A DNA stretch of 64,000 nucleotides from a virus (lineage: Duplodnaviria > Caudoviricetes), in the IMG/VR virus record IMGVR_UViG_3300023119_000004; one strand, given 5' to 3'. The translations under genes were made by a program, and so were the position numbers. Under the pieces are notes generated by a model. It did no database searches and was not told the DNA's origin. It worked only from the letters and a program-made list of their open reading frames with translations. Below, one piece after another: positions 50,187 to 57,928 of the stretch; position 1 is the first letter of the stretch; every line of letters begins with the position of its first letter.

Positions 50187-50826
50187 TAGGCTCTTCTATG
50201 CGTGAGTGAAATTCCATTGTTTCAATATTAAATACATCTCCTGTTGCTCTACCGTTAATATGGCATTGACATAATTTGCCATCAGGAGTTACAGGCATAA
50301 ACATTACATGATCGTCTTTTATTGTGTTTAGATCAAATGATGTACTATTATACCCAATCATTACAGGTGGCGGAAATTCTGTCATACCATACCAATTTGC
50401 TACAGTTTGGACACCACGTTCTTTAAATGCATCTATAAAACTTTGTTCTATTTTGGAACTACCAGTAACCATATAACGGACACAACTCATATCCAACTCT
50501 TTAAAGCCTTTGGTCTTTTGTAACAGTTCTAAATGGCGTGGTATTAAACTAATATACGTCGGTTTAACGCGGTTAAACAGTTCAGGGTAGGTATAGGCAT
50601 TAAAGTTACTAGAAACGTGCTGTGCGCCGCTTAAAAACGCAGGAACGGCGGTGATTGTGTAGTGGGCAATAGTGTTTGCTGGAAACACATCTAATACTCT
50701 ATCGTGTTTGGTTAAACCAATTTCTTTTATACTTTTGGTTGCACATTCTTTTATGTATTCCCAAGAATGGACAACTTCTTTTGGTTGCTCTGTAGAGCCT
50801 GATGTATAGAGTGTAAGTGTGCTCAT
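50158..50826 (-). CDS. Minimal ANL-superfamily (AMP-binding) adenylating enzyme core (222 aa)
   Basis: LYTSGSTEQPK (A3), NWYGMTE (A5) and ATGDV (A7). Both termini are truncated relative to typical ~500-aa members. Confidence 0.75.
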   Translation of the reverse strand: MSTLTLYTSGSTEQPKEVVHSWEYIKECATKSIKEIGLTKHDRVLDVFPANTIAHYTITAVPAFLSGAQHVSSNFNAYTYPELFNRVKPTYISLIPRHLELLQKTKGFKELDMSCVRYMVTGSSKIEQSFIDAFKERGVQTVANWYGMTEFPPPVMIGYNSTSFDLNTIKDDHVMFMPVTPDGKLCQCHINGRATGDVFNIETMEFHSRIEEPNGRTWKNNF

Positions 50827-50831
50827 ACTCT

Positions 50832-50852
50832 TACTTAGTTGAAATTTACTTA
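50832..50852 (-). promoter_or_regulatory. Two TAAGTA late-promoter-like motifs
   Basis: TACTTA at 50832-37 and 50847-52 in the gap upstream of the adenylating gene. Confidence 0.4.
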
Positions 50853-50870
50853 GGAGTTATTAATGCTGAA

Positions 50871-52238
50871 TTAATAGAAAGCGTTCCAAGCATTACCATC
50901 GTAGTACACTGGATAACTTACTGCACCTGCTTTTGATGCAGGATCCCAACTAGTACCGTCTGCGATTGCAATAATACCTTCACTTGCTGTTGGCTCTGCT
51001 GTTTGTGGAGTTAGTTTAGCAAAACCGTTAACATCTAATGTAGCACTTGCAACATAACCAACTGTTCTGTTAACTGCTAGATAGCCACGTGAGTCATATG
51101 ACATAACATTAAGTGACGGAGCAGAACCTGAACCTGCGTTGTTAATGAATAAGATTTTACCATTAGCAATATCTTGTGCTGGAGTTGTATTTTCGTCAAC
51201 GGTCCAACCAATAATACTTGATGGAACATAGTCACCTACATCTGGATCCCATGCTCGTGAACTTAATGCACCAATGAAGTCACCTGCTGTTGCTCTAACA
51301 GGGTTTTGAATATCACCGTGCTTACTTGAAAAGTTTACTTTAGAAATATTACCAATGTTAGTACCTGCAAGTGTAACTAAGTCTAACGGTGGTGAAGCGT
51401 CAACGTTTGTAATTCTAAATGTAGGTCCAGCAACGTCTGTTTCTTTACCAAGTGCCATATAGTCAACACCGCTAAGTTCAATTTGATTACCATCAAATCT
51501 AACAACACCGTTGTTTAAGGTTACTGTATTTCTTACAGCATCTACTAGTGCAGTAGAGTCATCACCGAAAATAGAACCGTTAACATCACCTGTTAAAGAA
51601 CCTGTAAAACTTGGAGCACTAACAGCACCTGTAAATACACCTGCGCCTGCTGTTACTGCTTTTGATGTAGCATTAAAGAACAATGAATTATCTGTTGCAA
51701 GAACATCACCAGTTAGTTGTCCTGTTGCTGTAATAGCACCTGTTGCTACGTTAACAATTACTGTACTGTCATTGCCAACAACATTGGCATTAATATAACC
51801 TGCTTCAATGCTGTCTGTAACACTAATAAAGTTAGAATAAACACTACCAAATCTGTTAGTTGTAGAACCAACATTTCTTGCACCATCAACATCTGGAATT
51901 AGGCTTGATTCGATTTTAGCCGCAAAGTTAACTGTATCTGTATTTGAATCACCAACTGTGATGTTACCGCCAAGAGTGAAGTTACCGTCAACAGTCATAT
52001 TTCCTGTTGCAGTAATATTACCGTCGATATTGATGTTACCTTGTCCGTCAATATCGTAACCTGATAAGTCTAAGTTTGAGCCTAAAAACTGTCCTGCTGT
52101 ATCTACAGCAATACCACCAGCAGTTGTACCATCACCGATATATAGTCGTTTGGTATCTGTAGTGTATATCAGTTCACCTTCTAAAGGTGTTATTAACTGA
52201 CGTTGTTGATCAGTTCCTCTGCGTAATCTTAAAGCCAT
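50871..52238 (-). CDS. Tail-fibre/virion protein with Mtd_N/hyaluronidase-like N-terminal module (455 aa)
   Basis: MALRLRRGT..EGELIYTTDTKRLYIGDGTTAGG, Gly/Thr/Asp-rich fibre repeats, GGAG RBS and a late motif upstream. Confidence 0.7.
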   Translation of the reverse strand: MALRLRRGTDQQRQLITPLEGELIYTTDTKRLYIGDGTTAGGIAVDTAGQFLGSNLDLSGYDIDGQGNINIDGNITATGNMTVDGNFTLGGNITVGDSNTDTVNFAAKIESSLIPDVDGARNVGSTTNRFGSVYSNFISVTDSIEAGYINANVVGNDSTVIVNVATGAITATGQLTGDVLATDNSLFFNATSKAVTAGAGVFTGAVSAPSFTGSLTGDVNGSIFGDDSTALVDAVRNTVTLNNGVVRFDGNQIELSGVDYMALGKETDVAGPTFRITNVDASPPLDLVTLAGTNIGNISKVNFSSKHGDIQNPVRATAGDFIGALSSRAWDPDVGDYVPSSIIGWTVDENTTPAQDIANGKILFINNAGSGSAPSLNVMSYDSRGYLAVNRTVGYVASATLDVNGFAKLTPQTAEPTASEGIIAIADGTSWDPASKAGAVSYPVYYDGNAWNAFY

Positions 52239-52270
52239 CTAAAGCACTCCTAGTGTTCTTCTATTATATA

Positions 52271-52278
52271 GTATTTAT
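52271..52278 (-). promoter_or_regulatory. T4-like late promoter motif (ATAAATAC)
   Basis: GTATTTAT on the + strand in the gap upstream of the fibre gene. Confidence 0.6.
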
Positions 52279-52292
52279 GCCAAATAGAAAAA

Positions 52293-52610
52293 TTACTTCT
52301 TCTTCTTTAAAAACTGTTTTGTGCGTTTTTGAACGTCCTCTTTAACTCTATCTGTGTCTACTTTGAAATCAACGTTTTTAATGCTAGAATCATAGGTTTT
52401 AAACATATCATTTAGCGATTTTTCTACGTCTTTGTTAAGCATAGTGTTAGAAGCGTTGCGATTTATAGTGATTTCCCATACTTTGCCATTGTTAAACGTA
52501 ACTTGTACACTTTCCAAGTATTCAAGGGGGATTGCTTTAACCTCCACATCCTTGAATACTTCGGGCCATTTATCTATAACGTCCTGAGAAAGTCCTTTAC
52601 GCTTTGGCAT
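52293..52610 (-). CDS. Hypothetical protein (105 aa)
   Basis: Intact ORF overlapping the upstream gene; no motif recognised. Confidence 0.55.
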   Translation of the reverse strand: MPKRKGLSQDVIDKWPEVFKDVEVKAIPLEYLESVQVTFNNGKVWEITINRNASNTMLNKDVEKSLNDMFKTYDSSIKNVDFKVDTDRVKEDVQKRTKQFLKKKK

Positions 52611-53205
52611 TGGAAGAAGCCTTTTTCTTAGACGGACTTAATTCTTCAGCCTCTTTTCTAAGACGCTCTGCTTCCTTAAACATTCTATCAGCATCTGCTC
52701 TCATATTTTTAGCAAGATCTTCATCTGATAAAGGTTGTTCTTCTACCTGTGCTGTTTGCGCCTGTGCTTCTACAGTACTAGCAGGCATTTCATTTGCTGT
52801 ACCTACTTCTTGTACTGATGAACCGTTTACTGCTAGATCGTTAATACTCACGCCTTTTTGTTCAGCAATGATTGAGTTTAGTTCGGCAAGATTAATAACA
52901 GTCTGCGTATCTGGTGTCATCTCAATATCTTTAGTTGCAACCTTAGTTAGTTTACCATTAGTATGGAAATTTGCTAACATAATACTACCGTCTTGTAACG
53001 GTGTACGTTGCATAGCATCTGCTAATTCTTCAGATACTTGACCAGTGTTAGATTCAACTAATCTCATTAGAGTGTCGTGTTCGTTATCACCTAAGTTCTC
53101 AGTTTGAACTACAAGTGCGTGTTCTGGATCGTTAGGTAGTGTACGAAATACTACTACGCATTTACGACCATTTGATTTAAATCTACCTACGTGCTTAATA
53201 GCCAT
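52597..53205 (-). CDS. Hypothetical protein (202 aa) with acidic/coiled C-terminus
   Basis: Strong coding pattern; start overlaps the upstream stop. Confidence 0.6.
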   Translation of the reverse strand: MAIKHVGRFKSNGRKCVVVFRTLPNDPEHALVVQTENLGDNEHDTLMRLVESNTGQVSEELADAMQRTPLQDGSIMLANFHTNGKLTKVATKDIEMTPDTQTVINLAELNSIIAEQKGVSINDLAVNGSSVQEVGTANEMPASTVEAQAQTAQVEEQPLSDEDLAKNMRADADRMFKEAERLRKEAEELSPSKKKASSNAKA

Positions 53206-53522
53206 TATGATGCTCCTAGTGCCGCCGCCGCGTCTTCTGATGATACTGGAGTATCTTTTACTTCAGTCTTTGGAGCCGCCGCTGGCGTTGCTGGTGCTTT
53301 TGCTTGTTCACCAACTTGTTGGTTTGATACAGTAGTTAAAAATGTTTCTAACTTGTTGAAAGTTTTGCCTACTGCTTCTAGTTCGTTTGCTTTAAAAGCA
53401 CCACGAGATTGTGCAACCTCAATGATAGTTTTTAAAACACTCAAGTCTTGTACAGTTAGTTCTGCACTAACTTGACCTTGTGGCGGAGTTGCCGCTTGTG
53501 GTGTTTTGTTTTCTTCTGACAT
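53205..53522 (-). CDS. Hypothetical protein (105 aa), low-complexity Ala/Pro termini
   Basis: AGGAG RBS, with TAAATA upstream (53575-80). Confidence 0.6.
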   Translation of the reverse strand: MSEENKTPQAATPPQGQVSAELTVQDLSVLKTIIEVAQSRGAFKANELEAVGKTFNKLETFLTTVSNQQVGEQAKAPATPAAAPKTEVKDTPVSSEDAAAALGAS

Positions 53523-53591
53523 TAATGTCTCCTTTTAAATGATATCATTTGTACTAATTAACATAGCACTTAATTATTTACTGCTATGTAC

Positions 53592-53867
53592 TTATGCATA
53601 CTTCAAATGTGGACAAGCCAACATGAAATAAGATAGTTCTTTGTGGCTTTCAAAACCAATTTTGAGTATTGGATTAAAGTCGTCATTCAACGATCTGCCA
53701 ATATAAAAACGACCTTTAAGATTATGCTTTATCCATTTTCTTATAGAGTCTTCAAGGTTATAACGCATTTCAACTGTAACAAAGTCAAAATGTTTTGGAA
53801 AAGTTCTTAACTCTCTAATGCCAAAGAAGTCTAAGGCATTCGGTTGTCCGTTTTTCAAAACTGTCAT
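53592..53867 (-). CDS. Hypothetical protein (91 aa)
   Basis: ATGA coupling to the VWA gene. Confidence 0.55.
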   Translation of the reverse strand: MTVLKNGQPNALDFFGIRELRTFPKHFDFVTVEMRYNLEDSIRKWIKHNLKGRFYIGRSLNDDFNPILKIGFESHKELSYFMLACPHLKYA

Positions 53868-55141
53868 GCCGCCTTTTCATAGTGAGCAGTTAACCCGAAT
53901 GGTGCCTGCAAGTTTTTGTCATGATGTGAATGAATAACAAATACTGTATCACAGTAATCTTCATCACCCCATGAATCCCATGGATAACCATCTGTAAACA
54001 TAATGAAACGCTTCGGTTGAATATCGTGTTCTTTCATGTATTTCCAGTTAGCCATAAAGTCTGTACCGCCACCGCCAACAACTTGGTAGTCGTCTAAACT
54101 TTCACCACTGTCAGCACGGAAGTCTTGTTCGTTATATACATCAGTATCAAAACACCATACTTTAATATTGTAGTCTTGATACTCTGCCATAATACCTTGT
54201 ATTTCACTTAGGAAATCTTTTGCCTGATCATTACCAATTGACCCTGACATATCTACTGCAACACAAATATCAATTGTTTCGTCGAAGTTCATACCTGGTA
54301 AAATTGCATTAGTGTGCCAGGCCTTACGTGAAGGACGTTGGAATGTAAAATCATTTTTAATAGTAGATTGAATTTGCTGACGTAACAATTCACGCCAGTT
54401 CATTTTAGGTTCTGTAAGTTCTTTAATAATACGTTCTACTTCTTTAGGAATATTACCAGCACCAGCCGCCTGTGCCGCACTAATCATATTCTCTTTAATT
54501 TCGTCACGGATTTTACGTAATTCTTCTTTACTGTAAGACGGCGCCTTGCCTTTACCGTCTTTGCCATCTTTACTTTTAGATTGACCACTACCTTGATTAT
54601 CTTTATCCCAATCAACGTGTTCGTCAAGAAGTTTACCTAGTTGCTCAAGTTGTTCTTGATCATACTTTTCAAAGATATCATCATATACTGCTTCTGAAGT
54701 CCAACCTTCATATTTAAAGTCTTGGAAAATTGGAATGTCTTTAGGCTTTTCGCCAATACGATCTCTAACAAGAGTATTGTTTACAATATAGTCTGCGGCA
54801 ATGTTATGTATTTGCGGATCACGGTCTTCTCTACGTGTCATATGGTCAAATACACAATGCAAAATTTCGTGTGCAATAACGAATTCAATTTCTTTATTTG
54901 ACATTTGAGAAAAGAACGCAACATTATAATATAAGTTACGACCGTCTGTTGCGGCAGTTGGACACCATTCATTTGCTTCTTGTAATACAAGACGTGTAGC
55001 CATATTACCAAAAAACGGATGGCGAAGTAGCAAACCTACTCTTGCTACAATAATTCTGTCTTGAACTTCTGCACGAAGTTCGTCAGTAATTTCAATTTCT
55101 GGTGTTTCTACAGTTTCTGTTGTTGCTACACTCATTGCCAT
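53864..55141 (-). CDS. VWA-domain protein with N-terminal HEXXH metallopeptidase-like domain (DUF2201-like)
   Basis: TAATDG..IAHEILH, and MIDAS elements VDMSGS, GGGTDF, FTDG. Confidence 0.85.
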   Translation of the reverse strand: MAMSVATTETVETPEIEITDELRAEVQDRIIVARVGLLLRHPFFGNMATRLVLQEANEWCPTAATDGRNLYYNVAFFSQMSNKEIEFVIAHEILHCVFDHMTRREDRDPQIHNIAADYIVNNTLVRDRIGEKPKDIPIFQDFKYEGWTSEAVYDDIFEKYDQEQLEQLGKLLDEHVDWDKDNQGSGQSKSKDGKDGKGKAPSYSKEELRKIRDEIKENMISAAQAAGAGNIPKEVERIIKELTEPKMNWRELLRQQIQSTIKNDFTFQRPSRKAWHTNAILPGMNFDETIDICVAVDMSGSIGNDQAKDFLSEIQGIMAEYQDYNIKVWCFDTDVYNEQDFRADSGESLDDYQVVGGGGTDFMANWKYMKEHDIQPKRFIMFTDGYPWDSWGDEDYCDTVFVIHSHHDKNLQAPFGLTAHYEKAA

Positions 55142-55172
55142 GTTCTCCTTGTGCCTTATTATTTTACTATCA

Positions 55173-55220
55173 AATTACTATTATAGTAATTATTATAGTA
55201 TATTTAACGGTAAATGTCAA
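55173..55220 (-). promoter_or_regulatory. Composite promoter: TTGACA-N17-TATAAT with TAAATA in the spacer and a perfect 19-bp palindrome at the start site
   Basis: Minus strand: TTGACA 55220-15, TAAATA 55206-01, TATAAT 55197-92. Palindrome AATTACTAT-T-ATAGTAATT 55173-91. Confidence 0.75.
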
Positions 55221-55223
55221 CCA

Positions 55224-55260
55224 AAGAATTGGGGGAGAATCCAAAAACTCTCCCCCAAAT
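55224..55260 (-). terminator. Rho-independent terminator after the AAA ATPase gene
   Basis: 10-bp stem TTGGGGGAGA/TCTCCCCCAA (55229-38/55249-58), followed on the minus strand by TTCTTT. Confidence 0.7.
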
Positions 55261-55267
55261 GCTCCAA

Positions 55268-56356
55268 TTATGAAGCCTGTGCGGCCTTAATATACTTGCC
55301 AAACTTGTCATGAAACTCGTCAAAGCATTCAACTTCGTCTGGATCGATTGGCAATTGGTATTGAGTGAGGGCAAGTTTAATACCCATTACAACCAATTCA
55401 GTATCGAAGTTATCCATTGCAAAACGTAAGAAGTTATTTACTTTATCGTCAAACTTCTTATCGCCTTTGTCAGACGCTTCTTTAAGTTCATAACACAAAG
55501 ATACTGTTAAGGAATACATGGCACTGATTTCTTTAGTATCAAGTGTTTTAGCCTTACCAGCAAGTACATCAGTTGGGTTAGGCAAGTTTGCGGCAACCTT
55601 ACGGTGTGCCATAAACTTAACAGCCAAACCTTCGCCGACTGCACCACTAACCAAATCGGTAGTGGTATTCTCGTCATCATCATCCTCAAGTAATTCGGAT
55701 ACAAATGACCAAGAACGCGGTGTAGCAAAAGAACGTGACGGAGATTTAGGATCAAAGTCATACAAGTCCTTTTTACTAAAAGTTAAGAAACCAACAACAT
55801 CGTTGTGGATCTTGTTATCAACTGCCCAAGCAAACCAATCATCAAAGTCCACTTTCATTTCCAAGTGTACAAAACGGTTAGCCAATGGAGCCGGCATACG
55901 GTAAGTGACACCTTTGTCTGCTTCACGGTTACCAGCGGCGACAATAAGAACATTGTCTGGCAGTTTGTAAGTACCAACCCTACGGTTAAGTACCAATTGA
56001 TATGCCGCGGCCTGTACTGCCGGCGCGGCTGAATTCATTTCGTCCATAAACAAAACGATGGTCTTATATTTCTTAGCCATCTTTTCGTCTGGAAGTTCTA
56101 CAGGCGGTGCCCATTTCATAGTGTTATCATTTGCCGAATAATATGGCATACCTTTAATATCTGTAGGTTCCCATAATGACAAACGAATATCAATTAGCAG
56201 AGAGTTTTCAAAACTGTCTGTAATTTGTTCAACGATATCGGATTTACCAATACCTGGTGCACCCCAAATAAATATGGGACGCTTTTTACTCATTGCCCTA
56301 ACGATTGCTTTCTTAGCCGCATTAGGACCAACTTGACGGATTGCAATGTTTTCCAT
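55268..56356 (-). CDS. MoxR-like AAA+ ATPase
   Basis: Walker A WGAPGIGKS, Walker B LFMDE, AAGNR and LANRF. ATG 56356 has a GAGGAG RBS; the ORF track starts at 56389. Confidence 0.85.
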   Translation of the reverse strand: MENIAIRQVGPNAAKKAIVRAMSKKRPIFIWGAPGIGKSDIVEQITDSFENSLLIDIRLSLWEPTDIKGMPYYSANDNTMKWAPPVELPDEKMAKKYKTIVLFMDEMNSAAPAVQAAAYQLVLNRRVGTYKLPDNVLIVAAGNREADKGVTYRMPAPLANRFVHLEMKVDFDDWFAWAVDNKIHNDVVGFLTFSKKDLYDFDPKSPSRSFATPRSWSFVSELLEDDDDENTTTDLVSGAVGEGLAVKFMAHRKVAANLPNPTDVLAGKAKTLDTKEISAMYSLTVSLCYELKEASDKGDKKFDDKVNNFLRFAMDNFDTELVVMGIKLALTQYQLPIDPDEVECFDEFHDKFGKYIKAAQAS

Positions 56357-56386
56357 TTTGTACTCCTCGTATCTTTGTTTCAGTGC

Positions 56387-56440
56387 CATAGTTAATTTCT
56401 AACTATGTATATAGTATAGCATCACTAGGATAAAAGTCAA
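56387..56440 (-). promoter_or_regulatory. Sigma70-like early promoter TTGACT-N16-TATACT with an inverted repeat at the start site
   Basis: Minus strand: TTGACT 56440-35, TATACT 56418-13. Inverted repeat CATAGTTA-ATTTC-TAACTATG 56387-407. Confidence 0.6.
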
Positions 56441-56479
56441 GTCTTTTTTTAATTATTTTGGAAATATTTTTGGTTTTTA

Positions 56480-56875
56480 TTAAGAATCTTCGTGTTCTTC
56501 TGTTCTTTTGAGTGCTTTTGCCAATCCGTACTTGCGTACATCTCCGCTAAAAAGGTGCAATTCCATGCTCTTTTTTTCACTTGTAACTGTAATACTTTTG
56601 TTTGTAATATAGTAAGGACAGTCAATAAATTTATCTAAGAATATTACAACTTGGGTAGTCATTCTAAAATCGGGCGGAAATGGAATTTCGTATGTTGCTA
56701 GTTCTAATGTTTCCATCAAAAACATCATACCTTCGTCTGTAAGACGTAATCCACCCGAAGTCTTTTCTCTAGTATTTTGCCACCAAAGCGGCATATACTC
56801 TTTCATAGTACTTTCGTTAATACTAATACCGGCTTGTTTTAAGAATACCTTTGTATAGGTTTCTTTCCAGTTCAT
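56480..56875 (-). CDS. Hypothetical protein (131 aa)
   Basis: Intact ORF in a tightly packed operon. Confidence 0.6.
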   Translation of the reverse strand: MNWKETYTKVFLKQAGISINESTMKEYMPLWWQNTREKTSGGLRLTDEGMMFLMETLELATYEIPFPPDFRMTTQVVIFLDKFIDCPYYITNKSITVTSEKKSMELHLFSGDVRKYGLAKALKRTEEHEDS

Positions 56876-56876
56876 T

Positions 56877-57167
56877 TTAATCTTCTTTTACTATTTCGCC
56901 TTGGGTGAGTTTGACTACATCAAAATCACTGCAATTAAACATATCGTTTAATTTCTTTGCTAGGTTGTGTGCGTGTCCTGGATTCGAAAAAGACACTTTC
57001 TTATATTTTGGTCCGGGATAGTTAGTTAGCATATTTGCTGACTTTAAATTGAATGGTTTGTTCTGATAAAACACAGCCCAAATGGCTTCAGCCTGAAGCA
57101 CTTGCTCAGTCCTGTATGTTTTTTTATTAACGTGTTCTAAAAGAACTGTTGGTTTTGGTCTACTCAT
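56877..57167 (-). CDS. Hypothetical protein (MSRPKPTVLLE..., 96 aa)
   Basis: The ATG at 57167 is preferred, because ATAAATAC lies upstream at 57186-93. The ORF track starts at 57197. Confidence 0.6.
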   Translation of the reverse strand: MSRPKPTVLLEHVNKKTYRTEQVLQAEAIWAVFYQNKPFNLKSANMLTNYPGPKYKKVSFSNPGHAHNLAKKLNDMFNCSDFDVVKLTQGEIVKED

Positions 57168-57185
57168 ATCTTTTCTCTCACTAAT

Positions 57186-57193
57186 GTATTTAT
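57186..57193 (-). promoter_or_regulatory. T4-like late promoter motif (ATAAATAC)
   Basis: GTATTTAT on the + strand in the intergenic gap. Confidence 0.55.
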
Positions 57194-57219
57194 CCAAAAG
57201 AGAGAGTAATATGCGTAGT

Positions 57220-57465
57220 TTATTTCCAGTCTGTGCTACCGCCGTCGACGGTAACGTTAATGACTTCTTCTGTATTGTTCTTTTCGTAGACTAGTTTCTC
57301 TAGATCACCATGTAATCTAGACATTATAGATCCTAGTGTCAAAGCCAATGCTTTAGCATCTGCTATAGGCAATTTAACTTCAGGTGCTTTACTTGTATCA
57401 GCACCCTTAACACGATCTATAAACTGTTGTAAAGGTATAGTGTTTAATGGTTTAACGGTTGACAC
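57220..57465 (-). CDS. Hypothetical protein (81 aa)
   Basis: Overlap-coupled ORF. Confidence 0.55.
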   Translation of the reverse strand: MSTVKPLNTIPLQQFIDRVKGADTSKAPEVKLPIADAKALALTLGSIMSRLHGDLEKLVYEKNNTEEVINVTVDGGSTDWK

Positions 57466-57928
57466 GACTTAACTCCGAACGCATTTCCATTTCTGTTTTA
57501 AATGGACCGCTATATTCATATTTTTCAAGTGTTACTAATTTAGGACAAAAACTCTTAACCCAACCCTTTTCAAAATGAATACAAAAATAACCTGCACAAT
57601 ATAAACTTTTAGACTTTTTACTTTTTGTAAATAGTCCAAACTTACGTTTTACATCATACATTTCGTTATATGGTACTGTACTAGTTGGCAATCCATAGAT
57701 TTCTTTTGATGCAGGGTTACTGTCACTAATTGTAGTTTTATTCCAAACAATACCGCCTAGTTTCTTTTCAACTTGTGTTTTATTATCGTACAGATAACTT
57801 CCTGTATCGCAACTGTACATGAATCTATTGTCTGCATCTTTAGACAATGTACCTAATTTATTATCGTTATTATCTTCAATAATCCAAAACTTGTTTTTTA
57901 AAATTTCGTTTGCTTTTAAAGATGTCAT
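57452..57928 (-). CDS. Hypothetical protein (158 aa)
   Basis: ATGA coupling with the RNase H gene. Confidence 0.6.
   Translation of the reverse strand: MTSLKANEILKNKFWIIEDNNDNKLGTLSKDADNRFMYSCDTGSYLYDNKTQVEKKLGGIVWNKTTISDSNPASKEIYGLPTSTVPYNEMYDVKRKFGLFTKSKKSKSLYCAGYFCIHFEKGWVKSFCPKLVTLEKYEYSGPFKTEMEMRSELSRVNR

Noticed and set aside
18548-50826. Classical RiPP cluster with a short precursor peptide
   Set aside because: Intergenic gaps are under ~70 nt and are occupied by promoter motifs. No leader/core-like small ORF, RRE-type partner, peptidase or exporter was seen. An unannotated <60-aa overlapping ORF or a distant precursor cannot be excluded.
49599-50826. NRPS module
   Set aside because: No carrier-protein (GxDS) or condensation domain was found; only a truncated adenylation core is present.
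52604-53475. Plus-strand ORFs 52604..53041 and 53191..53475
   Set aside because: They are antisense shadows of coupled minus-strand genes that have good RBSs.
56975-56995. GGATTCGAA resembling a tRNA T-loop on the minus strand
   Set aside because: It lies inside a protein-coding gene (SFSNPGH) and has no surrounding acceptor or anticodon stems.
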